The notes beneath the pieces are model-generated. The model made no database searches. It was not told where the DNA came from and worked only from the letters and a program-made list of their open reading frames with translations. This document shows, in pieces, positions 52,966-64,000 of a DNA stretch of 64,000 nt (positions are counted from its first letter, which is position 1; each line of letters begins with the position of its first letter). The stretch spans positions 134,540,001-134,604,000 of the forward strand of contig OZ024741.1 of the NCBI GenBank assembly GCA_964016885.1, given 5' to 3'. Made by a program: the position numbers and the translations under genes. The stretch is from Eledone cirrhosa. Lineage: Eukaryota.

Positions 52966-53966
52966 CGAAGTGAAGATGCATGGCTTAGTGGTTAGAGCAA
53001 TGGGCTTGCAATTGTGATGTTGTGAGTTTGATTCCTGGACCTGGTGATGCATTGTGACCTTGAGGAAGACACTTTATTTCACATTGCTCCAGTTTACTCA
53101 GCTGTAGAAATGAGTTGTAACATCACTGGTACTAAACAGTATCGGCCTTTGCCTTTCCCTTGGACAACATTGGTGGTATGGAGAAGGGAGTCCGGTAGGC
53201 ATGGGTGACTGCTGGTCTTTTACAAACAACCTTGTCCAGACTTGTGCCTCAGAATGGAATTTTCTAAGTGCAAATCCTTTGATGGTCATTCGTGACTGAG
53301 GGGTGGGGGTTATAAACAAATAGATATTGTATATCCGTAGCTGATCTTTGAGATTCTTACAAAGCGCTGAGAAGAAAGAGTTAATATAAAGAACGATGGA
53401 AACTTCTTTTTCTGTCTATTAAGGGTCTTCACTCTATTTCTACTTTATAAGCTATTTTATTGCATATCCAAGCATGAGAACATCATTCTTTATATATCAT
53501 CATCATCACCGTTTAAACATATATCTTCCATGCTAGCATGGGCTAGACAGGAGTTGTCTCACTCGTATAGGACTATCTGGCAGGTTTTCGACGGCTGGAT
53601 GCTCTTCCTAACACCAACCACATTTACAGTGTGGATTGGGAGCTTTTTACTGTGTTACCTACATGACCACATTACAGCGTGGAATTTATATTATATATAT
53701 ATGTATATAACTTATGTTGACATATCTTCATCATCATCATTATATCCATTTTTCCATGCATGGGTTGGACGGGTCTTTTTCAGTACGGCATCTCTCCTCT
53801 GCCAGTCTTATCGATTTGAGGTCAGCTCTCTCTCACAACCTCTGCCCAGGTATTTACTTAACTTATGTTGACATTTAAATGTTTATAATATATACCTAAC
53901 TTATGTTTGATAAACCACATGGTTACCTAATTTACATTAACTTAATAAAGTCTTCTTTTATTGCAG

Positions 53967-54089
53967 CTCTGTCTACAAAACGGCAAAGAGGAAAAGATGA
54001 TGACAAAATGACAATTCGGGAGAAACTGACCAATCTTTTAACTGGTCGTCCTACAATTGAGTCTCTAGAGGCCAAAGGAATCATAAAAG
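53967..54089 (+). CDS. ARHGAP12: ARHGAP12/27-like exon with RPEL-like motif (IREKLTNLLTGRPTIESLEAKGIIK)
   Basis: Acceptor ttcttttattgcag, donor AAAG|gtttgt; phase 1-1; L-x-RPT-x-L-x-KG-I motif that precedes the GAP domain in this family. Confidence 0.9.
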
Positions 54090-55619
54090 GTTTGTCATTT
54101 ATCAACTGTGTTGTTGTCATAGTAACCTTTATAAATCATGTTGTCATAGTTACAGAATCTTTTACAAAAACTTTATGTAATTTTCCTGAACACTAGAAAA
54201 TATAGAACTGTGATGCTACATAGCAATGAGATGTGGGCCTTAACTGCAGAACATCAGTGAAGGCTAGAAAGAATGATGTGTAATATTAAGCCCATCCTGT
54301 ATGGTTGTAGTTCTGGTGTCATGCTGGTGTCACAACAAAAAGCACCCAGTCCACCCTGTAAGGTGGGCCAACTGATGCCACAACATAAAGCACCCAGTCC
54401 ATCCTGTAAGGGTTGGTGCTACAACAAAAAATAGCCAGTCCTCCCTCTAATGTGGTTATACTGGTGCTACTACAAAAGGCGCCCAGTCCACCCTGTAAAG
54501 TGATTGTGCTGGTGCCACAACAAAAAGTACCCAGTTCATGCTGTAATGTGGTTGGCATTAAGAAGCCATAGAAAACCAAGCCAAAAACGTCTGTATGAGC
54601 AAGACAGGGGCACCTGTCTTGACTAGCCTCATAATGTAATCCCTCATCTAACCCCTGCAAGCATGGAAAATAGGCGTTAAATGGTGATAATGATGAATAT
54701 ATATATATATATATATATAGGCTGAAGCTGAAGTACAGATATGTATTGTATGCACCCCCTCCCTCCCATACATATCTCATGAGCGCGGGCTGTAGCATAC
54801 ATCTATTGAAGCCTCCAGCACATACTGTAAATGTGGTTGGCGTTAGGAAAGGCATCCAGACATAGAAACCAAGCCAGAAACAGTTCTGTCAGGCATGGTC
54901 ACCAGACCCAACTTGCCTCAAATGGGACAACCCATCTAACTCATGCTAGCGTGGAAAAATGGATGTTAAACGGTGATGATATATAGTTGAATTTTTAAGA
55001 TATATCAACGAACATAAGTCTTACAAAATGACAAGTTTAGTAACTCTACTTATATTTTCTGTTGTTTCCACTCTTAACATCCTCTAATGCAGTCATAGGC
55101 AAAGTGTGACCTGTGAACCACATGTGACCCATTTGGCCTTCTGAATGGCACACCTAATTTCAAAATTGCCTTGAATTTATTAGTAGTCGGCCTACCTTAA
55201 GAAAAGCCTCATACTATGTGATCCACTGCTTGCAAAAGTTTGCTCATGCCTGCTGTAATGATTTAGTAGAAAGTATCTAAAAACAGGTTTGTGAATTAAA
55301 ATGTTAAAAATTTGCAGTCATAATGCTGCTTTATACTTTTATGTCTGTCTTGTAGTTTGATGTGGTACAGGATTTTGAGTTAAGTAGATATATAGTGTTT
55401 CTTTCCTTTTTTTCCTCTCTCAAATGAGTCATGTTGAGGGAGGTAACTGCTGATTGTGTATTATGTGTATTGTTAGTTATGATGTAATTATATTTTTGAG
55501 TTATTTCAGTAATTCAATATATTGTTTTCCCCGACACAACTTAATATTGATTAAAAAGAAATATCTCAAGCTGTTTTCAGCTATTCTAGTTTGCTGTGTA
55601 TATGTAACACAGAATGCCT

Positions 55620-56178
55620 AAGAAAATAATTGCTGGACAGATTTTATGGGCACATTCAACCAGCTGAAGACCCAGTGGTAGACCAGGAACAAAATGGTTG
55701 GATAATGTCCATGAGATTGGTCGCTTGCACTTAAATCTCTTAAATTGAATATAATTTTTGCATTTAATTCAGCCTCCTACCTTCCATCACTGATTAAAAT
55801 GGTTCCAAGATAATTGATCTTCTTCACCTGCTTCAGTGAAACTTCATTCACATGTAGAGTGCACTACACAGACTTTCTTGGTAGGATGAGTGTCTCAGTC
55901 TTTGTAGCTACTTCTCCAAATTGACAGATCACAGCTCTGATACTACGGACATGTGGTTAGAATGTTTAAAGAACAAATCGCTAGACAAATTTTACAAGCA
56001 AAACCAATTGGCAGGAGACTTAGGAGTAGACCATGAGCAAGATGATTGGATAACATCCATGAGCGTTGATGGCCTTGCTTGGGGATGCAGCCAGATCAAT
56101 TGGTAGTTGCTTATAGGACCTTCTGGAAGGTGTTTGTGGACTCTGCCCCACTCCCTGGAATAAGTGGGTGAAGAAAAA
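55620..56178. mobile_element. Rearranged Expander/Rex3-like fragments (+/-/+)
   Basis: Plus piece 55625-55730, inverted piece 55755-55900, plus piece 55905-56175. Confidence 0.65.
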
Positions 56179-56370
56179 GAGAAGGGTGTCACTGTCCTTG
56201 TTTCAGTTGCACATTGATCATCACCACCCTGGGAAATAGCAGTGGAGAACGTGGTCGTTGGTTTTAACTGGATTAAAATTCTGATTTAAAATATAGATGC
56301 CATAAACTTAGGTGTTTAAGATTGGAATGATTTATAATTACACCAGCTCAAACAAAACCAACCATTTTAA

Positions 56371-56590
56371 CCCTTTAGCATTCACATTACTCTATATATA
56401 CTATTATATTTTCATGGTAAAGGCTTTACATCGCATAATTATCTCACATAATATCGAATCTATGAGATTTTGAAAGTATTTATTTTGAGAACATTACCTT
56501 AACATCAGTTTGAGTGACCAGTTACAGCCAGTTTCAACAGAAAAAGGTAGAGAATTCTGGCCGGTTTTGGCTGGTTTGAACATTAAAGGG
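56371..56590. mobile_element. piggyBac-type MITE
   Basis: TTAA|CCCTTTAGCATTCA ... TGAACATTAAAGGG|TTAA. Confidence 0.75.
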
Positions 56591-59500
56591 TTAAAGATTT
56601 TCTATTAAAATTAAAATTGTCCAACATAATTTCATATAAGAAACATGTTAAGTGACTATTTTAGTAATGAAATAATAATTTTAGTAAATCCTTTAAAATT
56701 CTTTATTAATTAATTGAAATAGTATACTTTATTTGGAAATAGTCATGAAAAGGTTAAATGCCCTCATTCAAGTTTTTTATCTCACAAACTGTGGATAGAG
56801 TAAAATAGCTATCTTCATTTTCTTCATCTTTTCATTTTACGTCCGCTTTTCCCTGCTTGCAAGGGGTGGGACGGGAACTGATTATGGCTTGATTTCTACA
56901 GCTGGATGCCCTTCCTAACACCAACCTCATTTACAGTGAGTGCTGCGTGCTTTTTTGCCGTGGCACCTCCACGTCCACTTTACAGTGTGGGCTGGGTGCT
57001 TTTTTGCCGTGGCACCTCCACGACCACTGGAATGATAGGGATCCCAGTCCCAATCATCTCATTTCTACAGCTGAGTAAACTGGAGCAATGTGAAATAAAG
57101 TGTCTTGCTCAAAGAAACAACACATCTATAACTGTACATAATTTGTACACTGATCAATAGCAGTGAAATACTGTCTGCTGTTGAAGTTTAAATAAACTTG
57201 ATCTTCTCTCTTGCTTAGGAAACTATATGTATATATATAAACGTTTTCTCTAAAATCAAATGAAGCAAATATTTGCTGAATTAGGAATTCAATGGTATGT
57301 AAAAATTAGTCTACATTTAAGTCTGTAAATGAATATTTTCATAATTTCTGAATCTACTTTCATGTGAAGTTTCTGATATAAGGTTTGAATTTGAGATGTA
57401 CTCATATATTTTGGTGACTTTCATTTCAAATTAATATCAGGATTAACCTAGATTTAATTAGTTGAAGTAATTATATATATTTTTTATTTTTTAAAGAATT
57501 TATTGGTCTGATGTTGAATTTCTGAGGTTAAATTTACCAAGTGGAATTTATGGGGCTGAATTTATAGGGTTGAGAGTAATGTTTAACAGTGGATATTTGC
57601 TGCTCTGATCTGTTAAAACTAATGTTTAGCAGTGGATATCTGACAAAGGTCAGAGGAACTCAGGAGAGTCAACCACCATCCAATACTCATTAGCCTTGGT
57701 TGGCAGTATGTCTAGCAGGAGGATAACTCTATTTTCAAAGGCAAGGTAGATGGGACTCCTTAGCCATCTTGGTGACAAAGTTTCAAGTGGCCAATGGCTT
57801 CATCCTTCTGATGAAGGCAAATGAGCTGTGGCTTAGTAGCCAGCTTCTGAGTAAAGGTCAGACAGGGATTCAAGACCCACCAACATCATATTTTTCCTGA
57901 TGAGAATTATGGAAATACATCATATAGATGAGCTTTGGTGCAATTGTCCATGGTCCCTGACCTTCAGCAATGAGGATGGGAAGAAACCAGATTTTATCTA
58001 TTGCTCTGATCAGTTAAGACTAAAGTTTAAAATAGGATATCTACTGTATTGAGTCTTATCAAATTATGTTGCCAACACAACATAGTAACTCTCACTACCA
58101 CATTTCTATAGCTGTTGTTTTTAGCAGTCATTAAAACAAGAGGTCAGATTTTCCACTTGTTGAGGTGAAGCAGGCAACTGTCAACTTTGCGCTATTTTTT
58201 CTGTAACACTATAGTTGTCTGTATAGTGTGTTTATGTATGTATGTGTCTGTAGTTTGTGTGCATGCCTGTGAGTGTGTGTGTTTGTGTGTCTGTGTAATG
58301 TGTGTGTTTGTGTAATGTGTATGTTTATGTATGTGTAGTTTGTATAGTGTGTCTGTATGTGTATTTATGTGTTATATGACTGTGTCTTTGTATGGCGCAT
58401 GTTTGTCTTTATATGTTGTATGTATGTCTGTGTATGTGTGTGATACATATTTATATCTGTGTATGCATGTATCTTTGTGTAGTGTGTGTGTGTGTGTCTG
58501 TCTAAACATGTATCTTTGTGTCATGTATGTGTCTTTGTTTATGTCTTTATGTATGTATCTTTGTTTAATGTGTGTTTGTCTGTCTGTATGTATGTACCTT
58601 TGTGTGATATGTGTGTGTGTGGGCATCATCATCATTATCATCACCGTTTAACAGCTATTTTTCCATGCTAGCGTGGGTATATTTATATATGCGTCTGTGT
58701 GGGCATGTGTATATCTATGTATGTGTTTGTAAGTGGGCATATGTGTTTGTCTATGTATGTCTGTGTGGGCATATGTGTATAATTTGTATGTCTCTGTGTG
58801 GGTATATGTATATATCTCTGTAGTGGGCATGTGTGTATATCTATGTATGTTTCTGTGTGTATCTATTTGTGTGTCTGTGTGTGGGCATATGTGTATATCT
58901 ATATCTATGTGTATGGACATGTGTGTATATCTATCTATGTATGTGTCTGTATGGGCATGTGTGTATATCTATGTATTTCTTCTGTGTGTGTATCTATTTA
59001 TGTGTCTGTGTGTGTGGGCATATGTGTATATATATGTGTGTGGACATGTGTGTATATCTATCTATGTATGTGTCTGTATGGGCATGTGTGTATATCTATA
59101 TCTATATATGTGTGTGGACATGTGTGTATATCTATCTATGTATGTGTCTGTATGGGCATGTGTGTGGATGTAAAAATTAGCTGACCTATAGAAAAACTCA
59201 ATTAAGTAACATTTTTTGTGAAAGTCATAGAAAGCTGTTGACTGTACATGCTGGTTTGGCATGTGAAATATGGGGGTGAGGGGTGGCAGAAGTAACATAT
59301 TGGCTTACACTTTATTCAACTATTGGTATGTAGTTGGTTGGTGGTGCCCTTTAAACAGTTGTATTGATTACACTTGTGTAACTATGGTAACAACTAGGTC
59401 CGGCTACTTTACACAGTGACCAACACTAAAATATGTAGACATTTCACACAGATTTAATAAACTATCATCATCATCATCATAATCATAGGGCAGTGGATTG

Positions 59501-60576
59501 ACTTTGCAACATAGATTTACGTCCCTTTACATATTGAGTTCAAATCCTGCGTTGGTTAGCTTTGCTTTTCATCCTGACAAAGTCAATAAAATAAATCACC
59601 AGTAATGCACTGGGGTCGATTTAATCAACTTCCCCTCTCTCAAATTGCTGGCCTTATGCCTAAAGTAGAAACAATTATGATTGCCGTCATCACCATCATC
59701 ATCATCGCTATCGTTATCATCATCTGTCCACTTTTCCATACTTCCATGCGTGGGACAGGTCTTTTCCAGCATAGCTTTCCTCCATCTGTTGTGGTCATTC
59801 GTGGATTAGCAGTATCGGTAGAGGGTCGGACGCCATGCTTTCCAGCATAGTTACGTCCCTTTACGGTCTGAGTTCAAATCCCGCCGAGGTTAACTTTGCC
59901 TTTCATCCTTACGGGGTCGATAAAATAACATACCAGTAATGCACTGGGTAATTGCTGGTCTTGTGCCAAAAGTAGAAACAATTATTTTCTCTGTGAACTT
60001 CAGTGATTTGAGGTCAGTTCTGACAACTTCTGCTCAGGTTTTTCTTGGGCTTCCTCAGCAGGGTGTCTAAAAATCACCCTTTTCACTAAACAAGATAGAC
60101 AGATTGCTTGCCATGGTTAAAGAGCAGCTATCTACCTACGACGTGAGCTGTTATTGCACCAGACACCAACTTGGTATTTTAACTCTGGACATATACACTG
60201 TTGGATTGGCTGTGGTCTCACATAAGTTTCGCAGCCCTTGACAGGTTTTGTTTTTTATTCCATGGGATGTTAAAAAATCACCCTCCTCACCAAACCAGCT
60301 TGGCGCGGTTGCCGGTTTAGTCACAGATGACCCGATCATGCAACAGGTTGTATTTGGTTATATGTTACAGCACTCAAAATCGACTTGACAGACCTGCTCT
60401 GGGTAGGGGCTTCTAAAGAAACTCCTTTAGATAAATGAACTAAGATAATGTATCAAATGGAGAGAATTGCTATGAAAGCTTATGGTGATTTTATGTTGTC
60501 CTTAAAAGTATTTCAGCTGCAATTAAACTGGGTGTTTGTATAACCACACAAATGGATCAGTACTAGAACAGATATA

Positions 60577-62548
60577 TACACACCACCACCATACCACCAC
60601 ACCATCTCTACATATTTCCACCACTTCACATCTCTACACACCACCACCATACCACCATACCACCATCTCTACACACACCCACCACACCACACCACATAAT
60701 CTCTACACCTCACCACCACACCACACCATCTCTACACCACACCACCATCTCTATACACCATCACCACACCACCATCTCTATACACCACCACCACACCACC
60801 ATCTCTACACACCACCACCACACCCCCATCTCTACACACCACCACAATACCACCATCTCTACACACACCACCACACCACCGCCTCTATACACCACCACCA
60901 CACCACCACACCACCATCTCTACACCACGCCACCATCTTTACACCACACCACCATCTCTATACACCACTACCACACCACCATCTCTATACACCACCACCA
61001 CCACCACCATCTCTACACACCACCACACCACCATCTCTACACACCACCACACCACCATCTCTACACCACACCACCATCTCTACACACCACCATACCACCA
61101 TCTCTATACACCACCACCACACCACCATCTCTACACACCACCACACCACCATCTCTACACACCACCACACCACCATCTCTACACACCACCATACCACCAT
61201 CTCTATACACCACCACCACACCACCATCTCTACACACCACCACACCACCATCTCTACACACCACCACACCACCATCTCTACACACCACCACACCACCATC
61301 TCTACACACCACCACACCACCATCTCTACACACCACCACCACACCACCATCTCTACACACCACCACCACACCACCATCTCTATACACCACCACCACACCA
61401 CCATCTCTATACACCACCACCACACCACCATCTCTATACACCACCACCACACCACCATCTCTACACACCACCACACCACCATCTCTACACACCACCACCA
61501 CACCACCATCTCTACACCACACCACCATCTCTACACACCACACACCACCATCTCTACACACCACCAACACACCACCATCTCTAAACACCACACACCACTT
61601 CTACACACCACACACCACCATCTCTACACACCACACACCACCATCTCTACACACCACCATACCACCATCTCTATACACCACCACCACACCACCATCTCTA
61701 TACACCACCACCACCTCTACACACCACCACACCACCATCTCTACACACCACCAACACACCACCATCTCTAAACACCACACACCACTTCTACACACCACAC
61801 ACCACCATCTCTACACACCACACACCACCATCTCTACACACCACCATACCACCATCTCTATACACCACCACCACACCACCATCTCTATACACCACCACCA
61901 CACCACCATCTCTACACACCACCACACCACCATCTCTACACACCACCACACCACCATCTCTACACACCACCACACCACCATCTCTACACACCACCACCAC
62001 ACCACCATCTCTACACACCACCACCACACCACCATCTCTATACACCACCACCACACCACCATCTCTATACACCACCACCACACCACCATCTATACACACC
62101 ACCACACCACCATCTCTACACACCACCACCACACCACCATCTCTACACACCACCACCACACCACCATCTCTACACACCACCATCTCTACACACCACCACC
62201 ACACCATCTCTATACACCACCACACCACCATCTCTACATACCACCACCACACCATCATCTCTACACACCACCACCATACCACCATCTCTACACACCACCA
62301 CCACACCACCATCTCTACACACCACTCCCACACCACCATCTCTACACACCACTACCACACCACCATCTCTACACACCACCACCACACCACCATCTCTATA
62401 CACCACCATCTCTATACACCACCACCACACCACCATCTCTACACCACACCAACATCTCTACACACCACTACCACACCAACATCTCTACACACCACCACTA
62501 CCATCATACCACCATCACTACACACCACCACCACATCACTATACACCA
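60577..62548. repeat. 2-kb C/A-rich satellite, ~19-27 bp unit (CACCACCACACCACCATCTCTACA)
   Basis: Continuous tandem array, almost G-free on the plus strand. Confidence 0.97.
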
Positions 62549-63480
62549 CCACTCCAGTACTCTATACTAAATCACATTTATCCCCATCTCAAGCCAATTA
62601 TGTTTGATCTGTCCTTCCAGCAACTTTAACTGACCAATAACTCTGGTTCTATTTATGTCCATTGTTTACATATTTTGTTTGTTGTCTCAGAATTTAGGTT
62701 AAGGCAAATGTGTGTGTATCTGTGTATGTGCATATGTGTGTTTATGTGCATGTGCGTGTTTATGTATGTGCATGTGTGTGTGTTTATGTATTTGTGTATG
62801 TGCATGTGTGTTAGGAGGGTGTATATGAGAGTGTTTAGGTAGGTGGCTGCAAGCAAATTGCTATCCAGACATGTGTTTATCCATGTGCTTTTGTGTATGT
62901 ATTACACACACACACACACATTAAGTATTTGTCTCTATCTATGCACTTCTATACATATGTGTGTTTGTAACTTTGTACATGTGTGTGTGTCTATATCTGT
63001 ACACCTATATGTATGTGTTTGTGTATTTGTGTACATCCATGTGTGTGTGTGTGTATTTGTGTACATCCATGTGTGTGTGTATGTGTTTGTGTATGTGTGT
63101 ACATCCATGTGTGTGTGTGTGTGTGTGTATTTGTGTATTTGTCTACATCTGTATGTATCTCTCCCCCTCCTACCTCCTCATGTTTTAGAATTCATAAGTG
63201 ATTAATAAACTAAGACTAATTAACAGCTTATTCATTGGCTACATCAACCATCATCAGTAACTTAATCTATCTCCATCCAAGGATAAACTTGAAACTCCTA
63301 TCACTTTCCTCTCATCTATTTTACCTCTTTAAATGATTTTCTCGTTAATTAACACATTAGTTTTATAATTAACTTATGTTGACTAATAAAACTATTTCTG
63401 TAATTAATTTAAAGACATTCTTTAGCTGTCACTACTGTCAGGAGGTTGTTTACTGGGCTATTGTTAACTTAGTACTACAG

Positions 63481-63705
63481 TCTATAGGATGGATCAACAC
63501 TATAGCATTGGATCAGCTTCCTCTGGCTGGATTTACCCTCAAGCCTACCCAAATACTTATACCAACTACAACTACCCCAGCGGCCCTTATACCTATAGTT
63601 ATGGTCAGAACTTCTCCCCTGCCCTTTATTCTAATGGAAGTGGTGCCCACAGCAACTGGGAGACACCTGCCTTAGAAGCAGTCTCTGAAGAACGGCCGCG
63701 AACAT
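63481..63705 (+). CDS. Candidate alternative exon of the RhoGAP gene: Tyr/Ser/Pro/Gly-rich, either an alternative ATG exon from 63489 or a 225-nt phase 1-1 cassette
   Basis: Unique-looking open frame MDQHYSIGSASSGWIYPQAYPNTY...EERPRT; Kozak-like AGGATGG; consensus donor AT|gtaagt in phase 1, the same phase as the RPEL-exon donor. Confidence 0.65.
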
Positions 63706-63874
63706 GTAAGTAGAGAAAAACACATGCATATGTATGTGTGCATGCACATACACATGCACACATGCATACACATATGCACATACATGCTTACAAACATATA
63801 CACACATTAATACATACTAACATGCATACACACATACACATGCATGAACACATGTACATATATATGTATATATA

Positions 63875-63948
63875 CAGGGTGTCCTCAAAAATGTATATAC
63901 AGTTCAACAGCATTCTAATAAATGTGTATATACATTTGGGACACCCTG
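63875..63948. mobile_element. 74-bp Tc1/mariner-type mini-MITE
   Basis: TA|CAGGGTGTCC..aaatgtatataca / tgtatatacattt..GGACACCCTG. Confidence 0.7.
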
Positions 63949-64000
63949 TGTGTCTGTGTGTGTGTGTGTGTGTGTATGATTATATATATTTATTTATTTA

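Noticed and set aside
57895-57925. CTGATGA...GAAA hammerhead-like spacing
   Set aside because: No stem II, I or III pairing.
60327-60388. 'DDPIMQQVVFG' as the first RhoGAP-domain exon (xVFG)
   Set aside because: The acceptor is weak, a stop follows within 10 codons of VFG, and no GAP motifs follow.
60536-62436. His/Thr-rich (411 aa) and Trp/Val-rich ORFs
   Set aside because: Products of the CACCAC/TCTCTA satellite.

Overview
AT-rich, repeat-dense eukaryotic genomic DNA. The repeat families suggest a coleoid cephalopod such as Octopus, but this is an inference. The window lies inside one large + strand gene of the ARHGAP12/27/15 RhoGAP family. Nine phase-consistent GT-AG exons (26063-54089) encode tandem WW-type motifs, a PH domain and the RPEL-like actin-binding motif. 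I found no SH3/start exon or RhoGAP-domain exon, so they probably lie outside the window. There are two extra candidate exons: a Tyr-rich exon at 63481/63489-63705 and a possible terminal/poison exon at 35600. The introns hold RTE and CR1 LINE fragments, a PHD-finger CRE-clade retroelement fragment, a 3'-truncated Gypsy LTR element, a Buster/Charlie hAT element with a perfect 8-bp TSD, mariner/piggyBac MITEs, tRNA-derived SINEs and several satellites. The most striking non-obvious signal is a set of short fold-back elements inserted into (TA)n tracts. They carry minimal type-I hammerhead ribozymes with co-varying helices and a shared downstream GAGTGCT motif, and resemble Penelope-like/retrozyme-like ends.
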